From NCBI GenBank assembly GCA_019419585.1, contig DXZQ01000016.1, forward strand, positions 318 through 64,317: 64,000 nucleotides of DNA, read 5' to 3'. The stretch is from Collinsella sp. (GTDB lineage: Bacteria; Actinomycetota; Coriobacteriia; Coriobacteriales; Coriobacteriaceae). A program made the position numbers and the translations under genes. Positions within the stretch are counted from its first letter, which is position 1; every line of letters begins with the position of its first letter. The notes under the pieces were generated by a model that saw only the letters and a list, made by a program, of their open reading frames with translations, was not told where the DNA came from and did no database searches. Positions 56,787-64,000 of this stretch are shown one piece after another.

Positions 56787-57428
56787 CTACTCCTCGCCCG
56801 TCAGTTTGGCGGACAGATGCTCGAGCGCGTGGAAACGATGGCTGATGGCGTTCTTCTCGTCCGCCGTCAGCTCGGCCATGGTCTTGCCCGGCGTGTCGAC
56901 CGGCAGGAACAGCGGGTCATAGCCAAAGCCGTGATCGCCGCGGCCCTCGTGTGCGATAACGCCCTCGCAGGCGCCCTCGCCATAGGTGACCAGACCATCC
57001 GTGTCGATAAGCGCAACGACGCTCATAAAGCGCGCGGTGCGGTCCTCGTCCGCCACGCCTTCCAGGTTAACGAGAAGCTTGGCGTTGTTGGCGGCATCGT
57101 CTCCGTGCACGCCCGCATAGCGCGCGCTATACACGCCCGGCTCGCCGTCAAGCGCGTCGACGACCAAGCCAGAATCGTCGGCGATGGCCATGAGCCCCGT
57201 CTCTTCGACGGCAGCCTGCGCCTTGATGATGGCGTTCTCCAAAAACGTCGTGCCGTTTTCCTCGGGGTCCTCAAAATCGCCCAGCTGGCCGAGCGCCACA
57301 AAGCGAACCTCGGGCATGACCTTGCCTAAAATGGCCTCGATCTCGGTGAGCTTATGGGCGTTGCCCGTTGCCACGACAATGGTCGCCGCCGGGTCGAGGG
57401 TGTCGATGTCGATCTTCTCAAGTGCCAT
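56787..57428 (-). CDS. rdgB: Non-canonical purine NTP pyrophosphatase (RdgB/HAM1)
   Basis: 213 aa with VVATGNAHKLTEI, IADDSGL.VDAL.G.PGVYSARY, GFGYDP.F and ISHR. Confidence 0.92.
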   Translation of the reverse strand: MALEKIDIDTLDPAATIVVATGNAHKLTEIEAILGKVMPEVRFVALGQLGDFEDPEENGTTFLENAIIKAQAAVEETGLMAIADDSGLVVDALDGEPGVYSARYAGVHGDDAANNAKLLVNLEGVADEDRTARFMSVVALIDTDGLVTYGEGACEGVIAHEGRGDHGFGYDPLFLPVDTPGKTMAELTADEKNAISHRFHALEHLSAKLTGEE

Positions 57429-57534
57429 GAGTGGTCTCCTTGTCTCTATAGCAATGCCGCGCCGAGGGCGACGAGGGCCTCCGCCTCTCCCCTCTCAATC
57501 AACGGCAGTCTTATACTTCGACGTTTTCCCAGAT

Positions 57535-57573
57535 AAAACCTGCCAAAATAAACCTGTCCCTTTTTGGCAGGTT
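57535..57573. repeat. Palindromic terminator-like element, inverted near-identical copy of 21311-21351
   Basis: aaaacctgccaaaataaacctgtccctttttggcaggtt equals the reverse complement of 21311-21351 with 1 mismatch over the ~39 nt that overlap. It abuts the rph stop. Confidence 0.85.
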
Positions 57574-58297
57574 AGGCGATGGCTTGGCGCTGAAGCTCGA
57601 TGAGCTCGGCGATGCCTTTGTCGCCCAGGTCGAGCAGGGCGTTGAGGCGCTTACGGTCAAAGGGCGCCTGCTCGCCAGTGCCCTGGAGCTCGATCATCTC
57701 ACCGGTGTCGGTGGCGACGAGGTTCATGTCGACTTCGGCATGGCTGTCCTCGGAATAATCGAGGTCAAGCAGCGTATTGCCGTCGACAACGCCCATGGAG
57801 ATTGCAGCCACCTGGCCGGTAAGCGGGATGCGCTCGATCTTGCCCGCCTCGACCCACATGGCGAGGGCGTCGTGCAGCGCCACCCAGGCGCCGGTGATGC
57901 TCGCTGTACGCGTGCCGCCATCGGCCTGAATCACATCGCAGTCGACGGTGACGGTGTACTCGCCGAGCGCCTTCATGTTGACGACGGTACGCAGGCTGCG
58001 GCCAATGAGGCGCTCGATCTCCATGGAGCGACCCTTGCGGTTGGCGTGCTCGCGCTTGCAGCGCTTGCCGGTCGACGCCGGCAGCATGGCGTATTCCGCG
58101 GTCACCCAGCCGACCTTAGCTCCCTTTCGCCAGCCCGGCACGCCCTCCTCGATTGTGGCGGCGCACAACACGCGCGTGTCACCGAACTCGGCAAAACACG
58201 AGCCGTGGGCGTGCTTCATGACGCCACGGGTGAGCTTAACGGGGCGCAACTCGTTGGCGGCGCGACCGTTGGCGCGGTTGACCTGCATGTACTCCAT
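57572..58297 (-). CDS. rph: Ribonuclease PH
   Basis: 241 aa with RANGRAANELRPVKLTRGVMKHAHGSCFAEFGDTRVLCAA...DCDVIQADGGTRTASITGA. Confidence 0.95.
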   Translation of the reverse strand: MEYMQVNRANGRAANELRPVKLTRGVMKHAHGSCFAEFGDTRVLCAATIEEGVPGWRKGAKVGWVTAEYAMLPASTGKRCKREHANRKGRSMEIERLIGRSLRTVVNMKALGEYTVTVDCDVIQADGGTRTASITGAWVALHDALAMWVEAGKIERIPLTGQVAAISMGVVDGNTLLDLDYSEDSHAEVDMNLVATDTGEMIELQGTGEQAPFDRKRLNALLDLGDKGIAELIELQRQAIA

Positions 58298-58351
58298 AGA
58301 AAAATCCTTTCGGCAAAAGGTGTGGCGAAGGCTCTGACGGCGGCCTTACAT

Positions 58352-59236
58352 CTATTTCAGCTCATCGATATCGATATGCTCAATGCTCTTGAGCGGCTGA
58401 CCAAAGATAAAGCTGCCCGCCACCGCAAACTCGGCAATGTTATCGGCCGTCGTGGCAAAACGATGCTGCGGCTCGGCGGCGACGCCCGCCAGCTGCTCGC
58501 GGCGCGTGAGGATATCGGTCAGCTCGCGCGTGGTCTCCTCGGCGGAACTCACGACGCGTACCCCAGGCCCCAGCGCATGGCGGATAGGTCCCACCAACAG
58601 CGGAAAATGCGTACAGCCGAGCACCACGGTATCGATACCGTGGTCGCGCAGTGGCTCAACCGTGGCACCCACCAGCGCACGCACGGCAGGCGTATCGAAG
58701 ATGTCCTCGTTCTCAAGCCACTGCTCTTGCAGATGCGCACCCGAGGCGAGCTCGTGTTCGACAACCTCGACAAAGCTCGAGGCGGGGCAGCCGTATACGT
58801 CGACGCCGGCATCTAGGTCCTGAATGGCGCGCGTGTAGGCGCCCGAGCGAATGGTGAGGTTGGTGGCGAGCACGCCCACGCGACGCGAACGGGTGCTGTT
58901 GATTGCCGCACGGGCACCCGGCGCGATCACGCCGATCACGGGAACGTCGAGCACCTGCTGGGCCAGACGCAAGGCCGCAGCTGTCGCCGTGTTGCAGGCG
59001 ATGACCATAATCTTGACGTCGTGCTTCGACAGCCAACGGCCCGCCTGCAACGCAAACGAGCGCACCTCATCCTCGGTGCGCGTGCCGTAGGGGCAGCGTT
59101 TGGTGTCGCCGAAGTAGTAGACGGACTCGTGCGGCAGCACCGTCGCGATGGCGCGCGCAACCGTCAGACCGCCCAAACCAGAATCGAACACGCCAATCGG
59201 GCGCGTGTCGCCTGTCGGATTCTCGATATCGGACAT
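58352..59236 (-). CDS. murI: Glutamate racemase
   Basis: 294 aa with IGVFDSGLGGLTV, IACNTATA and LGCTHFP (both catalytic Cys motifs). Confidence 0.93.
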   Translation of the reverse strand: MSDIENPTGDTRPIGVFDSGLGGLTVARAIATVLPHESVYYFGDTKRCPYGTRTEDEVRSFALQAGRWLSKHDVKIMVIACNTATAAALRLAQQVLDVPVIGVIAPGARAAINSTRSRRVGVLATNLTIRSGAYTRAIQDLDAGVDVYGCPASSFVEVVEHELASGAHLQEQWLENEDIFDTPAVRALVGATVEPLRDHGIDTVVLGCTHFPLLVGPIRHALGPGVRVVSSAEETTRELTDILTRREQLAGVAAEPQHRFATTADNIAEFAVAGSFIFGQPLKSIEHIDIDELK

Positions 59237-59287
59237 TACCTCACCAGTCTCTCTCGAAAAGACATGTCCAAGTGCGGCGACGCCGCG

Positions 59288-60199
59288 CTACGAACGCGCC
59301 GCGACCAGCAGCTCTGCCGTCGCCGCCCAACCGTCGACAATTTTGCCGCGCGTAACGAAAGCGTTCTCGCAAGCAGCCAGGAACTCGGGCGCGCCGGCGC
59401 TCGTCAGGCCATTCTCGACCAGGCAGAACGTGCCCACGTGATCGGCCATGTAGAAGTCGGACTCGGAATCGCCGAGCGCGAGCGTCTCCTCGCGCTCAAT
59501 CCCCAGGTGCTCGCAGAAGCGCGCGATGGCAACGCCCTTGTTGAGGCCGGCGGGATTGATGTTAAACGCGCGACCGTCCTCGACGCGATCGAGCTCGAGC
59601 GTCGTCGGCTTGGACAGATGCGTCAGGTGACCGTTACAGGCCCACACCAGGCCGCAGCCGGCCTCGTCCAGGATGGCCTGGACCTCATTGTCGGGCACAT
59701 CGCCGCGCATGCCGACGGTGACCTCGCGGTACTTGTAGCCGGTCGACATGTCGTTGTGATACTCGATCTTGTGCGGCCAGCGGGCAAGAATCTTCTCGCA
59801 CACGCCGGTCTGCTCGATCACCTGGTGCGGAGTAAGGCCGCAGGCGGGGTCGTAAGGCATGTCGCCAGTCAGATACTCCCAATCGTTGGCTTTGAGGTCG
59901 TACATGACCAGGCCGCCCATCTCACCGATGTAGGAGTTGAGGCCGAGCACGCGCGCATCCTCGTGGATCATGGTACGGTTGCGGCCCGAGGTGGGAACCA
60001 CCTGAATACCAGCGCGGGCAAGTGCCACGACGGCCTCGACGAGTTTGGTCGAGGGGTTACCGTCGTTGTCGCGCAGCACGCACGAGCCGGGCGCGAGCAT
60101 CGTGGCATCCAGGTCGGTAAAGACGTACTTGACCTTGGCCAAGCGCTCGCGCATCTCGCCCGAAAGCTCGGCAACGGTCGGCAGGGTGTTGTGGGACAT
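59288..60199 (-). CDS. HAD-superfamily hydrolase (Cof/IIB-like)
   Basis: Trimmed to MSHNTLPTVAEL... It has YVFTDLDATML (DxD), VPTSGRN and LALGDSESDF. Confidence 0.75.
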   Translation of the reverse strand: MSHNTLPTVAELSGEMRERLAKVKYVFTDLDATMLAPGSCVLRDNDGNPSTKLVEAVVALARAGIQVVPTSGRNRTMIHEDARVLGLNSYIGEMGGLVMYDLKANDWEYLTGDMPYDPACGLTPHQVIEQTGVCEKILARWPHKIEYHNDMSTGYKYREVTVGMRGDVPDNEVQAILDEAGCGLVWACNGHLTHLSKPTTLELDRVEDGRAFNINPAGLNKGVAIARFCEHLGIEREETLALGDSESDFYMADHVGTFCLVENGLTSAGAPEFLAACENAFVTRGKIVDGWAATAELLVAARS

Positions 60200-60306
60200 G
60201 GTTACTCCGTTTACGTAGAAGGGTTTGGACTTGGACGGCATGTTTTGATTGAGGGAACACGCTTATGGCGACAGCGCACTCAGGGCGCCGCCGCCATCAT
60301 GGTTCA

Positions 60307-61869
60307 TTAGTCAAACTGGGTAACATCGATCAGGCGATTGGCCAGCGAAAGGTCGCTCTCGATGGGCACGAACTCGTCGCCCACGTGCATGAGCTCCTCG
60401 TCACCCTTTGCCAGCAGCAAGACAATGGTGGGAGCATCGGGGTTGACGTACTCCTCGCGCGCCGCCTTGAACGCCGCATGCACAGCGGCTTCGCGGTCGA
60501 GGATGATCTTGTTCGGCGTATCGTCGGGAACATGCTCGGCAAGCTCGCGACAGACCTTCATCGGGTCCTCGTGAGCCGGGTCCTCGTTGGCAAAGATCAT
60601 CAGGTCGGAATATGGTGCGGCCTCGCGCGGAAGCTGCTCGCGGCGCTCCTGCGCCTTGCCGCCGGCAGCGCCAAACACTGCAATGACTGGACTAGCGGGA
60701 AACGCGCGCTTGACCGACGAGAAAAGCGAACGGAACGAAAGCTGGTTGTGCGCATAGTCAACGACGCAGATCACGCGGCCGTCCTTCGACTCCACGACCT
60801 CCATACGGCCCGGCACACGCAGTTTGGAGAGGCCCTTCTTGATAGCCTCGATACCGATGCCGATCTCGCGCGCAGCGGCGATAGCGACCAGCGCGTTTTC
60901 CACGTTAAAGTCGCCCGCGATGCCCAGCAGGACCTTCTCCCCCGCCTCGGACTCGTCGGCACACAGGCCATGCAGGTTAAACTCGATGTTAAAGCCGACC
61001 ATGCGCACATCGCTCGCCCACAGGCTTGCCTCGGGATGCTCGACGCCAACGGTCACCAAGCGCTCGGCCGTCGACGCTGCCTCCAACACACGGTCAACCT
61101 CTTCGGTGCCCAGATTCACCACGGCGGTCTTTGCCTGGTCAAAGATCCTGAGTTTGCTCTCAAAATAATCCTCAAACGTGGGGTGTTCGATCGGTGAGAT
61201 GTGGTCACGGCCGATGTTGAGGAAGCACGCCACGTCAAACGGCAGATTCTCGACGCGTTGGTACTTGAGCGCCTGGCTCGAGACCTCCATGACCATGGAC
61301 TGGCGACCTGACGTGCGGCAGTTGGCGATATGGCGCCAGACCTCTGGGGCCTCGGGCGTAGTATTGGTGCTCTCGTAGCACTCGATACCATCGTCGGTGT
61401 TCACTGAGCCGATCATGCCGCAGGACTCGCCCGCCGCTTTGATGATGGACTGGAGCATAAAAGCGGTCGTGGTCTTTCCCTTGGTACCGGTGATACCCAC
61501 GATCTTGACGTCGTGGTCGGGACGGTCGTAGACCTCCGGCGGCAACAGGGCCATGGCCGTGCGAACGCTATCAACAACCAGCATCGCAGCACCGCTCTCC
61601 TGCGCCAGCGGCTCCAGAGACTCGACCAGCGACTCCTCGCACACAAATGCGACGGCGCCCGCATCGAGCGCCATGCTCAAAAACGCGGGCTTAAAGGCAG
61701 TGCCTTTGCAAAAGAACACGTCACCCGCCGAGACCGTACGCGAATCAAACGAGCAGCCGGTCACGGCACGCTCGTCAACCTGCTCTGACGCGCGCAGCTC
61801 GCCGCACACATCGAGAAGCTTGGCAAGCGTATCGACCGTGGTCACGGTCGCGGAATCCGAATGGTGCAT
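60307..61869 (-). CDS. murE: Mur ligase, MurE-type (UDP-MurNAc-L-Ala-D-Glu:diamino acid ligase)
   Basis: 520 aa with GITGTKGKTTT (P-loop), EVSSQAL and DYAHN. The site aligned to the DNPR motif of mDAP-adding enzymes reads EDPA (FANEDPAHEDP). Confidence 0.85.
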   Translation of the reverse strand: MHHSDSATVTTVDTLAKLLDVCGELRASEQVDERAVTGCSFDSRTVSAGDVFFCKGTAFKPAFLSMALDAGAVAFVCEESLVESLEPLAQESGAAMLVVDSVRTAMALLPPEVYDRPDHDVKIVGITGTKGKTTTAFMLQSIIKAAGESCGMIGSVNTDDGIECYESTNTTPEAPEVWRHIANCRTSGRQSMVMEVSSQALKYQRVENLPFDVACFLNIGRDHISPIEHPTFEDYFESKLRIFDQAKTAVVNLGTEEVDRVLEAASTAERLVTVGVEHPEASLWASDVRMVGFNIEFNLHGLCADESEAGEKVLLGIAGDFNVENALVAIAAAREIGIGIEAIKKGLSKLRVPGRMEVVESKDGRVICVVDYAHNQLSFRSLFSSVKRAFPASPVIAVFGAAGGKAQERREQLPREAAPYSDLMIFANEDPAHEDPMKVCRELAEHVPDDTPNKIILDREAAVHAAFKAAREEYVNPDAPTIVLLLAKGDEELMHVGDEFVPIESDLSLANRLIDVTQFD

Positions 61870-61930
61870 CTTTCACCTTTCTCAGCCATTTGGCAGGGAC
61901 GGTTTTTATAGTAACTGAAACGCACCACGC

Positions 61931-61955
61931 AAAAACGGCTCCCGGAGGAGCCGTT
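61931..61955 (-). terminator. Intrinsic terminator after asnB
   Basis: On the minus strand, aacggctcc-tccg-ggagccgtt is followed by TTTGCG. Confidence 0.7.
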
Positions 61956-61980
61956 ACGCGCAGGCGTTCGTAAGCCGAGG

Positions 61981-63861
61981 CTAGGCAGCCTGAACAGCGG
62001 GCTGGTCCTCGTCGATAAAGAAGCGCTTGTACCACACCAGGAACACGAGCGGCGTATAGATCTTGCGCTGGAAATCGCCCTTGCCCGCAAAGTGCAGATC
62101 GAGCAGGTGCATGAGCTCGTCGGTATCGAAGAACTCGCTTGCCCACGGCGCGGTGAAGTACTCCTTGACATAGTCGTACCACTTTTGCTCGCGCAGCCAG
62201 TAGACAATCGGCACCGGGAAGCCCACCTTGGGACGGGTGGCCCACTCATCGGGCAGCGACTTGTTGGCAGCGTGGCGGAGTACCTGTTTGTTGCCGTTCT
62301 CGTTGATGCGGTAGCGATCGGGAATGTGCTCGGCGAACTCCATGACTTTGCGGTCCAGGAAGGGCACGCGCAGCTCCAGCGAGTGCGCCATGCACATCTT
62401 GTCGGCCTTGAGCAGAATGTCGCCTGGGAGCCACATGTTCATGTCCAGGTACTGCTTCTTGACCAGCTCGGGCTGACCCTTCACGCGCGCATAGATGGGA
62501 GCGGCAAGCTCGAAGGCGCCATCGCCGGTGTTGTACTCGGGCTTGAGCACGCCGTCGACCTCGCGCTCCGGCCATACCAGAGCCTGTCCCAGGAACGACT
62601 TCTCGGGGATCTCGGCACCCTTGACCAGGAAGTTATGTCCCTTGAAGTACGGCATATGCAACGCCAGGTTACCGAGCGCGCGACGGATGGGCAGTGGCAC
62701 CATCTTTTTGTACTTGCGCACCGGAACCGTGTCCTCGTAGTAGGCGTAGCCGCCAAAGAGCTCGTCGGCGCCTTCGCCCGAAAGCACGACGGTAACATCC
62801 TTGCGCGCCATCTCGGCCAAGAACCACAGCGGCACAGACGACAGGTTGGACTGCGGCTCGTCCATGTGATACTGAATGTCCTCGAGTGCGCCAAAGAACT
62901 CGTCGGCGGTGATCATCTTGCGGACATTCTCGACGCCGAGCTTGTCGGATAGCTCCTTGGCGTAGTTAGTCTCGTTGAAATTCTTGTAATCGAAGCCCAC
63001 CGAGAAGGTCTTGTCGGGCATGAGGCAAGCGGCGATGTAGCTGGAGTCGACGCCGCCGGAGAGGAACGACGCGACCTTGACGTCAGCGATGCGATGGGCC
63101 TCGACGCTCTCGTGCACGACCTCATCCAGCTCGTCGACGTACTCCTCGAACGGCTTCTCGACGGCAGAGTAATCGCAATCCCAGTAGCGCTCGATGTTCA
63201 TCTTGCCGGTCGGGATATCGACGGTAAAGTAATGCGCCGGCGGCAGCTTGTAGACACCCTCGAAGAAGGTCTCCTCGGTTGCCGAATACTGCAGCGTCAT
63301 GTACGGACGCAGGGCCTTTTTGTTGACCGCCTTGTGGAAGTGCGGGTAGTCCAGGAAGCTCTTGATCTCGGAACCGAAGAGCACGCCCGGAGCGCCGTCG
63401 CCCGCATCGGCCATGGGATAGTAGTAGAGCGGCTTGATGCCAAAGATATCGCGGGCGCCAAAAAGCTTATTCTTCTTCTTGTCCCAGATGACGAAGGCGT
63501 ACATACCGCGCAAGCGATCGAGTACTGCCTCGCCCCACTCCTCGTAGCCGTGCAGGAGGCTCTCGGTGTCGGCGCCGCAGTGGAACTTGTAGCCCTTGGC
63601 CTCGAGCTCGGAACGGAGTTCTTGGAAGTTGTAGATCTCGCCGTTGAAGACAATGACGACGCTACCGTCCTCATTGGCCATGGGCTGAGCGCCGGCCTCG
63701 GTCAGGTCGAGGATCGACAAGCGGCGGAAGCCGAGGGCAACGCGGCCGTCGATAAACTGGCCGCCCATGTCGGGACCACGATGGACGATGCGGTCCATCA
63801 TCTTGGTGAGCACCTCGGATTGGTTATCCGTCCCACCGACAAAACCGACAAAACCGCACAT
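61981..63861 (-). CDS. asnB: Asparagine synthase (glutamine-hydrolysing) family amidotransferase
   Basis: 626 aa. MCGFVGFVG has the N-terminal nucleophile Cys2, followed by the synthetase-domain SFLSGGVDSS (PP-loop). Confidence 0.92.
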   Translation of the reverse strand: MCGFVGFVGGTDNQSEVLTKMMDRIVHRGPDMGGQFIDGRVALGFRRLSILDLTEAGAQPMANEDGSVVIVFNGEIYNFQELRSELEAKGYKFHCGADTESLLHGYEEWGEAVLDRLRGMYAFVIWDKKKNKLFGARDIFGIKPLYYYPMADAGDGAPGVLFGSEIKSFLDYPHFHKAVNKKALRPYMTLQYSATEETFFEGVYKLPPAHYFTVDIPTGKMNIERYWDCDYSAVEKPFEEYVDELDEVVHESVEAHRIADVKVASFLSGGVDSSYIAACLMPDKTFSVGFDYKNFNETNYAKELSDKLGVENVRKMITADEFFGALEDIQYHMDEPQSNLSSVPLWFLAEMARKDVTVVLSGEGADELFGGYAYYEDTVPVRKYKKMVPLPIRRALGNLALHMPYFKGHNFLVKGAEIPEKSFLGQALVWPEREVDGVLKPEYNTGDGAFELAAPIYARVKGQPELVKKQYLDMNMWLPGDILLKADKMCMAHSLELRVPFLDRKVMEFAEHIPDRYRINENGNKQVLRHAANKSLPDEWATRPKVGFPVPIVYWLREQKWYDYVKEYFTAPWASEFFDTDELMHLLDLHFAGKGDFQRKIYTPLVFLVWYKRFFIDEDQPAVQAA

Positions 63862-64000
63862 ATACTATCCCCTCTGCTGTTGCTGGGTATCAAATCGAAT
63901 CAGTAGCTTTTGAGTATACCCGAGGGCGTAAAGAGGGGCGGAATGTTCAGGCAATCTCAACTGAATCAGCTCCGCGCCGGTTACCTTTAATGGATATGAG

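Overview
This looks like a core chromosomal segment of a high-G+C Gram-positive bacterium. The gene order resembles Firmicutes (veg, yacP, disA, rph-rdgB), so Coriobacteriia-like is my inference, not a search result. Most housekeeping genes lie on the minus strand. They include rpoB (partial), galU, rplL-rplJ, rplA-rplK-nusG-secE-tRNA-Trp-rpmG and tuf with a tRNA-Met/Thr/Tyr cluster. Further on are yacP-rlmB-cysS-ispF-ispD-disA, pepD, clpC, a ThrE-family exporter, lysS, greA, tatA, tRNA-Pro, ispE, veg, dtd, rdgB, rph, murI, murE and asnB. Accessory material is interleaved, mostly on the plus strand:
- a lower-G+C beta-glucoside cassette (RpiR regulator, GH1 phospho-beta-glucosidase, PTS EIIBC) sits inside a tRNA cluster and is bracketed by 30-bp direct repeats;
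- a monocistronic HTH-HipA fusion (YjjJ/HipH-like) follows a 23-bp perfect inverted repeat;
- a canonical hipBA pair and a RelB/DinJ-PIN pair are present;
- a cytoplasmic ParB/Srx-like plus BMP-domain gene, split by a 1-nt frameshift, is translationally coupled to a metallophosphoesterase.

Several non-coding repeat families stand out:
- a motif with a DnaA-box-like core, GGGAGA-N3-TCCACGCTCG, has 8 copies at 3 loci;
- about 40-bp terminator-like palindromes occur at 5 loci;
- twin ATCTGTAACA inverted repeats lie near tRNA-Thr(TGT);
- a 128-nt hairpin has 29-bp perfect arms.

All calls come from reading translations and sequence by eye, with no database or folding tools. Starts were refined using RBS context. 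tRNA and hairpin coordinates are +/- a few nt. The many long ORFs antisense to real genes are treated as GC-driven shadows.
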